From contig JAHJTE010000002.1 in the NCBI GenBank assembly GCA_018830005.1, positions 73,517 through 137,516 of the forward strand: a DNA stretch of 64,000 nt, written 5' to 3'. Below the pieces are notes generated by a model. The model was given only the letters and a program-made list of their open reading frames with translations. It was not told the DNA's origin and ran no database searches. The DNA comes from Candidatus Omnitrophota bacterium. Lineage in GTDB: Bacteria; Omnitrophota; Gorgyraeia; JAHJTE01. Positions 1 to 9,402 of the stretch are shown here, piece by piece (the first letter of the stretch is position 1; each line of letters starts with the position of its first letter). The translations under genes and the position numbers were made by a program.

Positions 1-11
1 AGGAGAACAAG

Positions 12-584
12 ATGCTTAAAGCGCTAATATCATCAAAGATTAGAAGATTGATTTTAAAGGTGTTCCTAACTAATCCCGAAAATAAATACTACGTACGCCA
101 GCTTTCCAAGCTGATTTCTGTATCTGTAGGTAGCCTACATAGAGAACTAATTAACTTAGAAAATGAAGGCATTCTAATATCTAATTATTTAGGCAACCTA
201 AGGCAATTTTACGTTAATAAAGAGCATCCTTTGTATAAAGAAATAAAGCAGATAATTTCCAAGACCGAAGGCATAGAAGGGAGGCTAAAGGATTACCTTA
301 AAGACACCCCGGGCCTAAAGACAATTTTTATTTATGGCTCTTTTGCGGAAGGTAAAGAAAGAGCTGATAGCGATATTGACCTATTCTTATTGGGCCAGCC
401 AAGCGAAGATAAACTTATTAATAAAATTTCTGATTTAGAGAAAGAGTTTACTCGTGAAATCAACTATACTATTTACACTAAATCCGATTTCAAAAGAGAA
501 AAAAAGAAAAGAAACTCTTTTATTCTGGATTTAATGAAGCATCCCAAGGTTTTTATAAAAGGCAAAGAAAGTGACCTGCGATAA
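12..584 (+). CDS. Winged-HTH + minimal nucleotidyltransferase (MNT) antitoxin
   Basis: N-terminal wHTH (YVRQLSKLISVSVGSLHREL); GS-x10-DxD motif (GSFAEGKERADSDID); overlaps the downstream HEPN gene. Confidence 0.85.
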   Translation: MLKALISSKIRRLILKVFLTNPENKYYVRQLSKLISVSVGSLHRELINLENEGILISNYLGNLRQFYVNKEHPLYKEIKQIISKTEGIEGRLKDYLKDTPGLKTIFIYGSFAEGKERADSDIDLFLLGQPSEDKLINKISDLEKEFTREINYTIYTKSDFKREKKKRNSFILDLMKHPKVFIKGKESDLR

Positions 585-1038
585 ATTCATAGATGATTAT
601 ATAAATAAAGGGCTTTTGAAACGCCAAAAGGTCGGCTTTGATCAGATTGATAAATTAATTATCAGAGCTAGGAAAGACCTAGAAAGTGCACACCTTATGT
701 TAAAAAATGACCCACCTTGGGCATATAATTGCGCTTATTCAGCAATGCTTCATTCGGCAAGGGCATTTATCTTTACGAAAGGCTTCAGGCCCACGACAAA
801 TTTTCAGCATAAAACTGTTGTAGAGTTTATAGGGCATTATTTTGGTCAAAAATTTACCACATTAGTTGAAAAATTTAACCGTATGCGTAAAAACCGCAAT
901 CTCTTTATGTATGAACCCTGGAAAATCAATATATCAAAGACCGATGCGGAAAATGCCTTGAAAACTACCACTGAATTTATCGAGCTCATTGCGGAAGAAA
1001 TCAAGAAAGAACATCCCCAAAAAAACCTCAATTTCTAA
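571..1038 (+). CDS. HEPN domain protein (toxin of MNT-HEPN pair)
   Basis: ARKDL..A, AYNCAYSAM, H-K-T-V and R-x4-Y (RNLFMY) pattern; coupled to the MNT gene. Confidence 0.8.
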   Translation: MTCDKFIDDYINKGLLKRQKVGFDQIDKLIIRARKDLESAHLMLKNDPPWAYNCAYSAMLHSARAFIFTKGFRPTTNFQHKTVVEFIGHYFGQKFTTLVEKFNRMRKNRNLFMYEPWKINISKTDAENALKTTTEFIELIAEEIKKEHPQKNLNF

Positions 1039-1124
1039 TCACTAATTAACCTATGCTCCAGCCTTCCTACTTAACCCTATACCAATCCAACTTCCAAGTA
1101 TTAAATCTAAGGAGAAAAAAATAA

Positions 1125-1907
1125 ATGAGTAGATTTGGGTGCATAAAAGATAAGTTTGATGATCGGGATTATTTAATGCGGGCGTATCTACCCTTGGTAA
1201 AACTTCCCAGGAAGATTGACTTGACTCTTAAGATGTCGCCGGTCAGGGACCAAGGAGAAGAAGGAACTTGTGTTAGTTTTGCCACAGCTACTGGTATGAA
1301 AGAGTATCAAGAATTACTTGATTACGAAAAATTGGTGATACTTTCCCCGCGTTTTGTCTATAGTGAATGTAGGAAGATTGACGGTATGTCTGAATTGGAA
1401 GGCACGACCATCCGCGCAGCAATGCAGGTGCTTGGAGAAAAAGGTGTCTGCCGGGAAAAATTTTGGCCATATCAAGCTCACCAGAAAGACAAAGCCAAAG
1501 AAGGAACTGTTCAAGATGCCAAAAAATTTCGTATTATAACTTACGCCCGTATACTTAACCTAAATGAGCTGCGTTTGAACCTTGTTACTAAAGGTTCCTG
1601 CGTTATTGGCATTCAGGTCTTCAAGGGGATAATGGAGACAAAAACAGGTCTTGTGCCTTTGCCAAAGAAAAATGAAACTACCTTGGGCGGCCATGCTATT
1701 TGCGCAATAGGATATGACGATAGAAAGAAAGTCATCAAATTTAAAAACTCTTGGTCTGATAAATGGGGGCAGAATGGTTACGGATTCTTACCCTATGCCT
1801 ATGTTGAGCGCTACATGATGGACGCGTGGAGCTCGGTTGATATTGAGGATCCTAACCCGCTTACTCTGGCGATTGTATTGAAGTATAGAAAGCGGGCTTT
1901 AGCTTGA
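1125..1907 (+). CDS. C1 (papain-family) cysteine peptidase
   Basis: DQG..GTC (oxyanion Q, catalytic C), GGHAI (His), KNSW..WG..GYG; no signal peptide. Confidence 0.9.
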   Translation: MSRFGCIKDKFDDRDYLMRAYLPLVKLPRKIDLTLKMSPVRDQGEEGTCVSFATATGMKEYQELLDYEKLVILSPRFVYSECRKIDGMSELEGTTIRAAMQVLGEKGVCREKFWPYQAHQKDKAKEGTVQDAKKFRIITYARILNLNELRLNLVTKGSCVIGIQVFKGIMETKTGLVPLPKKNETTLGGHAICAIGYDDRKKVIKFKNSWSDKWGQNGYGFLPYAYVERYMMDAWSSVDIEDPNPLTLAIVLKYRKRALA

Positions 1908-2013
1908 CTCGTTCAATAGGGGACGGTTCTGTTTTTAAGGCGAATTAATTCTAAAAAATAGTCTCTGTCCTTAATTTTAACTGCCAGACAAGATAATATA
2001 GAAAATCCGCCCC

Positions 2014-2070
2014 TTGACAAATGCTGTCAAATAAGGTACACTTTTAATGTAGATACAGTTGCAACTACAT
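2014..2070 (+). promoter_or_regulatory. Sigma-70 promoter and palindromic operator of the Phd/RelE operon
   Basis: TTGACA(2014)-17 bp-TACACT(2037); palindrome AGTTGCAACT at 2057-2066 inside ATGTAG...CTACAT. Confidence 0.65.
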
Positions 2071-2098
2071 AAATTTAAGGTCAAAAAGGGGTGAAAAC

Positions 2099-2389
2099 AT
2101 GAACATTGCTACAGATCTCGTAAAAGCGACACATATAGGAATCAGAGAATTAAAAGAACATCTATCCAGGGGAAATCTAGACAAACTATTGGTTATAACT
2201 GATAGGGGACAGCCTGTAAGTGTCAACTTGCCTTACGAAGACATCTTAGAATTGCTTGATTTACTTGATGAACTAAGTGATCCTGAAACAATAGCAACTA
2301 TCAAGAAAGGTAGAGCAGCAATAAAAGCTGGCGCTAAGGGCATACCAGTATCAAAACTATTTAAAAAACTAATAAAAAAGGCTGGATGA
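2099..2389 (+). CDS. Phd/YefM-like type II antitoxin
   Basis: IGIRELK..LS, VITDRGQPV pattern; ATGA overlap with the toxin gene. Confidence 0.75.
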   Translation: MNIATDLVKATHIGIRELKEHLSRGNLDKLLVITDRGQPVSVNLPYEDILELLDLLDELSDPETIATIKKGRAAIKAGAKGIPVSKLFKKLIKKAG

Positions 2390-2688
2390 ACTACAAGGTT
2401 CGCTTTCCTAATAATTCTATCCAAAAGAGGCTTGAAAAAGTTCTATCAAAAATCCACAAAAGCCTCCAAAGCGAAATTATAGAAGCGATAGAGCACCTTG
2501 CTAATGACCCGCGTCCCTTTGGTAGAACTCCATTCAAGAAGCTAAGACCGCCTGTTCAATTCTATCAACTAACTGCTCAATATCGCATCAGAATAGAAAA
2601 CTACCGAGTACTTTACGATATAGATGATAAGAAAAAAATCGTATGGGTTCTTGCCTTGCGAAAAAGAAGCGAAACTACCTATAAATAA
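2386..2688 (+). CDS. RelE/ParE-family toxin
   Basis: YRIRIENYRVLYDIDD..VWVLALRKR; 100 aa, basic. Confidence 0.85.
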   Translation: MNYKVRFPNNSIQKRLEKVLSKIHKSLQSEIIEAIEHLANDPRPFGRTPFKKLRPPVQFYQLTAQYRIRIENYRVLYDIDDKKKIVWVLALRKRSETTYK

Positions 2689-2711
2689 AGCCTTCCAACC
2701 TTTCTAAGACC

Positions 2712-3683
2712 ATGCTTAAGTCATCCTATTTAGAATTATACCAAACAAACTCTCAAGCCTTCCAGGCCAAGGTAGAGAAGGCCTACAAAACCCTAGAATC
2801 CTGCACCCTATGTCCCCATAACTGTAAGGTCAACCGGTTGGAGGGACAGATTGGAACGTGTAAGACAGGAGCAAAGGCTGAGGTTTACAGCTTCATGGCA
2901 CATCATGGTGAAGAGCCACCAATTTCAGGATCCAGGGGCTCTGGAACAATATTCTTTTCAAACTGCAATCTCCATTGCTGTTATTGTCAAAATTATGAAT
3001 TTAGTCAGATGGGAGGAGGCCGCGAAGTTGAGCCTGAAGAACTGGCAAAGATAATGTTAGAGCTTCAAACTAGAGGTTGTCACAATATAAATTTTGTTAG
3101 CCCAACGCATGTTGCGAGCCAAATTCTGCAAGGAATTTGGCGAGCAATACCCATGGGTTTAGAGATCCCGTTGGTTTACAATACTGGTGGTTATGACAAT
3201 GTTGAAATCTTGAAGCTTTTTGATGGGATTATAGATATTTACCTACCTGATATGCGCTATAATGATGCTGAGATTGCGCTAAAATTATCAGGTGCTAAGG
3301 AATACCCTAAATACAACAGACTTGCCATAAAAGAAATGTGGAGACAAGTCCCAAAGGCCGAATTTGACCAAAATAAGGTCATTTTAAGAGGTATGATTAT
3401 AAGACATTTAGTGCTTCCAAATGGCCTTTCTGGGACCTCCGGAATCATGAAGTTTCTAGCAAATGAAGTGTCTAAAGAAGTCCATGTAGCTCTCATGAGC
3501 CAGTATTTTCCCTGTTTTAAGGCCTCTAAGGAGCCCAAATTGGCACGAAGAATCACTCTCCAGGAGTATGAGTCAGCGAAAGGGGAGATGTCTAAAAATG
3601 GGCTTAAAAACGGCTGGTTCCAAGATGAGCATGGCTTGGATAGATTCCAAGGTATCAATATCAAACCCAATATCACTCCGTAA
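2712..3683 (+). CDS. PflX-like radical SAM protein
   Basis: CTLCPHNC, HHGEEPPISG..GSGTIFF, CxxxCxxC (CNLHCCYC), IIRHLVLP. Confidence 0.85.
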   Translation: MLKSSYLELYQTNSQAFQAKVEKAYKTLESCTLCPHNCKVNRLEGQIGTCKTGAKAEVYSFMAHHGEEPPISGSRGSGTIFFSNCNLHCCYCQNYEFSQMGGGREVEPEELAKIMLELQTRGCHNINFVSPTHVASQILQGIWRAIPMGLEIPLVYNTGGYDNVEILKLFDGIIDIYLPDMRYNDAEIALKLSGAKEYPKYNRLAIKEMWRQVPKAEFDQNKVILRGMIIRHLVLPNGLSGTSGIMKFLANEVSKEVHVALMSQYFPCFKASKEPKLARRITLQEYESAKGEMSKNGLKNGWFQDEHGLDRFQGINIKPNITP

Positions 3684-3826
3684 TACCTTAAAACAACCCA
3701 AATCTAAACAAAAGTAACCCAAAGTAAGACCCGGTAAGTTTGCCAGAGGTTTTGCACAGGTTATTTTGAACTCTCCGCAAGCCTTTGAGCCCTATATACT
3801 TATATTTGATTTGATTAAGTTCACGA

Positions 3827-3854
3827 AGTTAACATAAGATATATTATAAGCACT
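3827..3854. other. dif: dif-like XerC/XerD recombination site
   Basis: AGTTAACATAA-GATATA-TTATAAGCACT has the 11-6-11 layout of E. coli dif (reverse complement ATTTAACATAA-TATACA-TTATGCGCACC); lies at the point of gene-strand convergence. Confidence 0.8.
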
Positions 3855-3930
3855 AGTGCGACATCTAGACGAATTTGAATAATTATCAAGTTTATAAAGA
3901 AATAGGTAATTCTGGCGGGATTTTTATGTT

Positions 3931-4143
3931 TTATTCTAAACCACTTTGATCAGATTTTTGTTTCTCTAAATACCTCTTAATAAGTTTTAATTGTTCTTCC
4001 CCTGGCTTAGTCTTTTCTTTCAACCATCTCTGAATTGTCCTGGTACTAACACCTAAATACCTAGCCAGATCCTTTGTCTGGTAAGAATTTGTATAAAAAT
4101 AGAATTTATGCAACTTATACCATTCTTGTAGCTCTTTTTCCAT
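3931..4143 (-). CDS. Small XRE/HTH DNA-binding protein
   Basis: DLARYLGVSTRTIQRW helix-turn-helix. Confidence 0.7.
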   Translation of the reverse strand: MEKELQEWYKLHKFYFYTNSYQTKDLARYLGVSTRTIQRWLKEKTKPGEEQLKLIKRYLEKQKSDQSGLE

Positions 4144-4144
4144 G

Positions 4145-4975
4145 TTAAGTCCCTACCTTTAGACCTTCTAAAAACCGCTCATACTTACGCTCTAAAAATA
4201 GCCTATTTTGGTTATTTTTATATAAAATTTCAAATAATTTAGAGCTGTCTTTGTGAGCATATATGAACATGTAGCTGTATGCATTTTTGGTCTTCTGTTT
4301 GTATATTGTCCTTTTAGGCATATCTAAAAATTCAAGACATTTTTGCAATTTCTCTATAAAATTCTCAGAGCTGCTTACAAATTTAGATCTTAATGGAAAT
4401 TTTGGCCTACGTTTATCAAAGAAAACACTGCCGTCCCCATCAAACACTCCTCGAATAAAATCTGGCAGATACTCTTGAGGTACATTTGGAAATCTTACCG
4501 TCAAGCTTTTTTTAGACCCTATTCCCAACTTTCTTAAATCCTTAATCATGCCTTCCCGGGCAAAGCGAAAAATATACAGACCTTTTTGGTATTTGGATTG
4601 CTCGATTTTGTGTGACGCTCTTAAAGCCTCCTTCACCTTTTCAAGCAACTCCCTATCATTCATACTAAGTAAAATTGTCCCCGTCTTAGAAACACATCCA
4701 TCCGTAATAACTAAACCCAGCACATATGCCATTTCATGTGACCATTTGCCAAAAAAATGTTCATTTATATCAAAGAATTCTTGTGGCGCTTTCCCTTGTT
4801 TTTGTGCCTCAATTCTAGCCTGGGATTTAGAGCGTTGCTTTATTCCATATTTCTTGAGCTTCTTAAAGATAGCTACCCGAGAAACATTGTACAATAGGGC
4901 TATCTCTTGCAACGACTTACTATCCCTTAAATACAGACTAATTAGCTTATCTTTAGTTAGTTTATTTAACTTCAT
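4145..4975 (-). CDS. Free-standing double-motif LAGLIDADG protein with N-terminal HTH
   Basis: VLGLVITDG and FIRGVFDGDGS motifs; SLQEIALLYNVSRVAI HTH; start placed at MKLNK (ORF open to 5026). Confidence 0.75.
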   Translation of the reverse strand: MKLNKLTKDKLISLYLRDSKSLQEIALLYNVSRVAIFKKLKKYGIKQRSKSQARIEAQKQGKAPQEFFDINEHFFGKWSHEMAYVLGLVITDGCVSKTGTILLSMNDRELLEKVKEALRASHKIEQSKYQKGLYIFRFAREGMIKDLRKLGIGSKKSLTVRFPNVPQEYLPDFIRGVFDGDGSVFFDKRRPKFPLRSKFVSSSENFIEKLQKCLEFLDMPKRTIYKQKTKNAYSYMFIYAHKDSSKLFEILYKNNQNRLFLERKYERFLEGLKVGT

Positions 4976-4988
4976 TGCTATATTCAGA

Positions 4989-5372
4989 TTAGCTAGCCTT
5001 AGATTTACCTTTAAATTTTGTGGCAAGCTCTAAAAGAATTGTACGATCTTTTTCAGTTCTAGTGCCTTCAATAGCCAACTTGTATGTTCCTCCAATAACC
5101 CTAATCCTCTTACCGCATACAAGCGCCTCAGAAACATCCTTCCTGGCCTTTCTTAGTATCCTGCTGAAGGTCTGCTGGCTTATACCCATAAATAATGCCG
5201 CATCTACCTGGTTTTTGCCCTCAAAATCAGCCAATCTTATCGCCTCTAATCCTTCCAGGCTTAATTCTACTTCATCTGGCCTGCCGGCCTTGCCTCTTGG
5301 GCTAAATTGGTTAATTTCCGGGATCCCTTTAATAAGCCTTGCTTTTTTTGGTCTTCCGCGATTTTTCATCAT
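4989..5372 (-). CDS. DUF134 family DNA-binding protein
   Basis: GRPKKAR, EAIRLADFEG..Q..AA..MGISQQTFSRIL..AR...ALV.GK. Confidence 0.9.
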   Translation of the reverse strand: MMKNRGRPKKARLIKGIPEINQFSPRGKAGRPDEVELSLEGLEAIRLADFEGKNQVDAALFMGISQQTFSRILRKARKDVSEALVCGKRIRVIGGTYKLAIEGTRTEKDRTILLELATKFKGKSKAS

Positions 5373-5543
5373 AATTTAAGTATATGTTGTATTGAGTAAA
5401 TCTATAATAATAACCAGCTATTTATTTCGAGTATATACCCAATATTATATTTTACACACAAAAATTATTTTGTCAATAATAAAATAAATCGTAATCAAAT
5501 TCTTGTGTTAAAGCAATCTTTTTATGTTATAATTTAACTAACC

Positions 5544-6929
5544 ATGCAAATCAAACAATCGCAAGAACTAAAAAGACTACTAGCTCCGCAATTACAGCAA
5601 TCGCTTAAGATTCTTACTCTTCCCTTATCTGAACTTAAGAATCTTGTTTCGCAAGAACTAGAAGCAAATCCAATCCTGGAAGAATCTCGGCCAAAGGACA
5701 CTGTAATAGTAAAAATCGACTCTCAGGAACCTCCGGAAAAACCATCAGACCCCCCTTCTACCCTGGATGCCATAGATGGCTACTTTTACCATGATTCCAA
5801 ATATGTATCCAAAGACGACACCACTACCACAGACCTGCGCGCCACAGTAATTACCAAAAAAATGAACCTGCAAGAGGTCTTGCTAAGGCAACTGGGTATA
5901 TTTTCTAGTTCTGAAGATGACCTCAAGATTGGTCAGGAAATCATTGGTAATATTGATGAAAACGGTTATTTGAAGGCTACAATCCCTGAAATTGCCCAAA
6001 CCCTTAATACAACAAGCGAAAAAGTGGAAAATACGCTTAAATTGATTCAGGGATTTGAACCAAATGGGGTTGCTGCAAGGTCGATTTCTGAATGCCTCCT
6101 AAACCAGCTTAAACTAGCCAAAAAGAAAGATCTACTACTTGAAAAAATCGTGGTATGCCACTTGGATGATGTAGCAAAAAAGCGATTTCAGAAAATCGCT
6201 AAATCCCTTGATCAGCCACTTGAAGCCATAGCACCTTTAGTTGAAAAATTATCAAAACTAGACCCCAAGCCAGGCCGAAATTACAGCCTAGATTATGCCC
6301 AGCACATTGTCCCTGATGTGATAATCGATCAGGATGATAATGATTTAGCTATCACAATAAACAATGAATATATGCCCAGCTTACGAATCAACAAGATCTA
6401 TATAAGGATGCTTAAACAAAAAAACCTTGATAAAAAAACCAGGGAATTTTTAACTCAAAAACTAAAGAATGCCCTAGAATTAATCCGCGCCATAACAAGA
6501 CGTCAGTCTACTCTACGCAGGATTGTCAACTTAATAGCTCAAATTCAGAATGAAGCAATCAAAAGGAACCTTTCACATCTGAAGCCATTAACATTTCAGG
6601 ATGTGGCCCGCAACCTCAATATCCACGAAACAACAGTCTGTAGGGCAATAATGAATAAATATGCCAAGCTGCCTTACGGCATCGTTGCCCTAAAAGACTT
6701 CTTCCCCTCCTCTATTGCTAATCGCAATGGCGAAAACGTCTCCTCAACCTATGTAAAAAAGATCATTAAGGATTGTATTGATGCTGAAGACAGAAAACAT
6801 CCTCTAAGTGACAAGAAGATCTTTGAGATCCTAACAAAGGATAAGAATCTTAACATCTCAAGGCGCACTGTAGCTAAATACAGGGAAGAACTGAAAATCC
6901 TCTCATCCTCATTCCGAAAAGAACGCTAA
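5544..6929 (+). CDS. rpoN: RNA polymerase sigma-54 factor
   Basis: Region I PQLQQSLKIL, NPILEE, HETTVCRA, RpoN box SRRTVAKYRE. Confidence 0.95.
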   Translation: MQIKQSQELKRLLAPQLQQSLKILTLPLSELKNLVSQELEANPILEESRPKDTVIVKIDSQEPPEKPSDPPSTLDAIDGYFYHDSKYVSKDDTTTTDLRATVITKKMNLQEVLLRQLGIFSSSEDDLKIGQEIIGNIDENGYLKATIPEIAQTLNTTSEKVENTLKLIQGFEPNGVAARSISECLLNQLKLAKKKDLLLEKIVVCHLDDVAKKRFQKIAKSLDQPLEAIAPLVEKLSKLDPKPGRNYSLDYAQHIVPDVIIDQDDNDLAITINNEYMPSLRINKIYIRMLKQKNLDKKTREFLTQKLKNALELIRAITRRQSTLRRIVNLIAQIQNEAIKRNLSHLKPLTFQDVARNLNIHETTVCRAIMNKYAKLPYGIVALKDFFPSSIANRNGENVSSTYVKKIIKDCIDAEDRKHPLSDKKIFEILTKDKNLNISRRTVAKYREELKILSSSFRKER

Positions 6930-6979
6930 TCATATCAAGGCGCTAAAATTTTTAGATTAGAAAATAGGTTGGACTTATA

Positions 6980-7969
6980 CTATCTGGAGGGGTTAATAAC
7001 TACAGTCGCCAAATCAATTAGTTTGTTCATTAACCTTACGTTACTGGTATCGAATTTTACAGGTGAACTTCTTAAAACACCAAGATTCATAATACCAACT
7101 ACCCTATTTTGGGAATTTATGGGAAGAACCATTGCAGATTTTAATTTAGGCCGATTAAGGCGGGATTTTATTCTATTGTCGCTCAAATCGTCATCTATTA
7201 AAAGAGGCCTGTTTTCTTGCGCAACCATACCGGAAATACCCTCTCCTAACCTAACCTTCGTAGCATTTGCGATATCAAGAGGTATACCTTTGGATGACTG
7301 AATAGTTAGAATATCTCCACTCTTTTTGAAAAACATTATTGAACCAACATCTGCATTGCTTATCTGAAAGGCTACATCTAATAAGACATTCAAAATCTTA
7401 TTTAGTTGAGATGATACTTCCAACTCTTTCTCTTTCCTTATTGCTTTATAAGCGTATTTCAAAGTAACTCCGGCAACACCAGTAATCAATTTAATCAGGG
7501 ATTGGGCATTATAAAACGATGTAACCTTTATCTCTAACAGTGCACTCCAGAGTTCATCTAGATCAATCTTTAGTTCCTCTGCTATTGGCCTATACTCATC
7601 CTTTGGGTTACGGGTAATAAAAAACATCGGACCTAAGATAAGATAGCCTAAAACCTTACCATTATCCGATGTCAAGGGCGCAACGAAGTTATGTAAGCCC
7701 GGCAGACAAACAAAATCCAGATTCCTATTTACCCTTTGCTCTCCTCCCAAAAAAGTAGGCAAGCATTTTCCGCAAATTGTATTTTTAAATTCAGAGGGTT
7801 TGATTAACTCTCTGCACAATCGCGACTCACCGCTTACCGAAGTGATAGGCTCGCCTCTTTCATCTATAGTGCGAAGACCAACACTAGTTACAACAGAAAA
7901 AGTATCCTGGATATTCTGCCACTCTTTAATGTCAATGGTATCTTTTAATGAAGCTCTCCAGAATCTCAC
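6980..7969 (-). CDS. PocR sensory domain + GAF domain protein
   Basis: WQNIQDTFS..T, C..C..CLPGLHNFVAP (PocR-like); GEGISGMVA..RPLLI GAF; no output domain visible. Confidence 0.75.
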   Translation of the reverse strand: MRFWRASLKDTIDIKEWQNIQDTFSVVTSVGLRTIDERGEPITSVSGESRLCRELIKPSEFKNTICGKCLPTFLGGEQRVNRNLDFVCLPGLHNFVAPLTSDNGKVLGYLILGPMFFITRNPKDEYRPIAEELKIDLDELWSALLEIKVTSFYNAQSLIKLITGVAGVTLKYAYKAIRKEKELEVSSQLNKILNVLLDVAFQISNADVGSIMFFKKSGDILTIQSSKGIPLDIANATKVRLGEGISGMVAQENRPLLIDDDLSDNRIKSRLNRPKLKSAMVLPINSQNRVVGIMNLGVLRSSPVKFDTSNVRLMNKLIDLATVVINPSR

Positions 7970-7971
7970 TG

Positions 7972-9402
7972 TTAGTTTCTACCCCTATCAGTAGCTTTGT
8001 TCGCCTCTAACAGACCGAACTTGCACATCTTTTTATAAAGTGTAGTTCTATTAATCCCTAATATCTTTGCTGCTTCGTTCCTGCTGCCTCCTACAGATGC
8101 AAGGACATTGACTATGATATCTTTCTCTGGATTAGCCAAGGCCTGCTTTAATTTCAATCTATCACCATTATCCCCGGAAACTGAAGCTGCCAACTTAGGC
8201 TTCTGCAAGTATTCAGGGAAATCATCCGGTGAGATTATCGTTTGTTTGCTTAAAATCACAGCCCTTTCTATTACATTCTCAAGCTCTCTGACGTTTCCTG
8301 GCCAAGGACAATTCGAAAGGACTGCTAGTGCTGCCCGGGAAAAGCCATCAATCTTTTTTCCCAGATGCTTTGAATGCTTCTTTATAAACTCATCAGCCAA
8401 TATTTCAATATCCTCTCTGCGATCCCGTAAAGGCGGAACCTCAATTGAGATAATATTCAAACGATAATATAGGTCCTGGCGGAATTTGCCCTGGGCTATT
8501 AATTCCTCTAGATTATGGTTTGTGGCAGCGATTACGCGCACATCTACTTTGATTGTATTGGTATCCCCTACCTTCTCAAGTTCACCCTCCTGCAACACTC
8601 TTAGTAACTTCACCTGAAGCGCAGGTGAAAATGCATCAATCTCATCTAAAAATATAGAGCCGCCATCAGCCAGCTCAAAACGGCCAATCCTATCTTTGAT
8701 TGCTCCGGTATAAGCGCCTTTTACATGGCCAAAAAGCTCACTTTCAAGCAATGTCTCGCTTAATGCACCGCAGCTAACCTCAACAAATGGCTTATTACGT
8801 TCTTTTTCGTTGTATTTATGAATAGCATGGGCAATCAGATGTTTTCCAGTTCCGCTTTCACCATGAATTAAAACCGTAGCCCTTGTTGTGGCAATCGCCT
8901 CAACGAGCGTATAAATCTTTTGCATCTTCAGGCTTTTACCAACGATGTCGTGAAAACGCTCTTTATGAGTAAGGGATAATTCTTCTTTTAATTTTATATT
9001 TTCATCAATTAGTCTACGCTGCTGCATTATACGTTCGATGATAATCTTGACTTCACTATCCACTATCGGCTTTGTTATATAATCATACGCACCGTTTTTC
9101 ATGGCCTCAACTGCATTTTCAATTGAACCAAAGCCAGTCATTAATATAACGGGGGTATCGGGTGAGATGATCTTTACATTCTTTAAAAGATGGACACCGT
9201 CCATTTTCGGCATCTTGATATCAGTAATGACTACATCCATAGTGTATTTCTTCAATAGCTCAAGCGCATCTTCGCTATTAGAGGCAGTACTTACAGTGTA
9301 GCCTGAGAGGGTCAATACCTCACTGAGTGAGCGCATTACCAAAGGCTCATCATCAACAACTAAGATATGCGTTCCGTTAGAATCTACTTTAGGTCTAAAC
9401 AT
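7972..9402 (-). CDS. Sigma-54-dependent response regulator (NtrC/PrsR-like)
   Basis: Receiver (VVDDE, TDIKMP), GESGTGK, ESELFGH, GAYTGA, FRQDLYYRL, WPGNVREL, Fis HTH. Confidence 0.95.
   Translation of the reverse strand: MFRPKVDSNGTHILVVDDEPLVMRSLSEVLTLSGYTVSTASNSEDALELLKKYTMDVVITDIKMPKMDGVHLLKNVKIISPDTPVILMTGFGSIENAVEAMKNGAYDYITKPIVDSEVKIIIERIMQQRRLIDENIKLKEELSLTHKERFHDIVGKSLKMQKIYTLVEAIATTRATVLIHGESGTGKHLIAHAIHKYNEKERNKPFVEVSCGALSETLLESELFGHVKGAYTGAIKDRIGRFELADGGSIFLDEIDAFSPALQVKLLRVLQEGELEKVGDTNTIKVDVRVIAATNHNLEELIAQGKFRQDLYYRLNIISIEVPPLRDRREDIEILADEFIKKHSKHLGKKIDGFSRAALAVLSNCPWPGNVRELENVIERAVILSKQTIISPDDFPEYLQKPKLAASVSGDNGDRLKLKQALANPEKDIIVNVLASVGGSRNEAAKILGINRTTLYKKMCKFGLLEANKATDRGRN

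Noticed and set aside
4145-5026. Intein or group I intron hosting the LAGLIDADG ORF
   Set aside because: No N-terminal Cys/C-terminal His-Asn splice motifs and no interrupted host gene is visible
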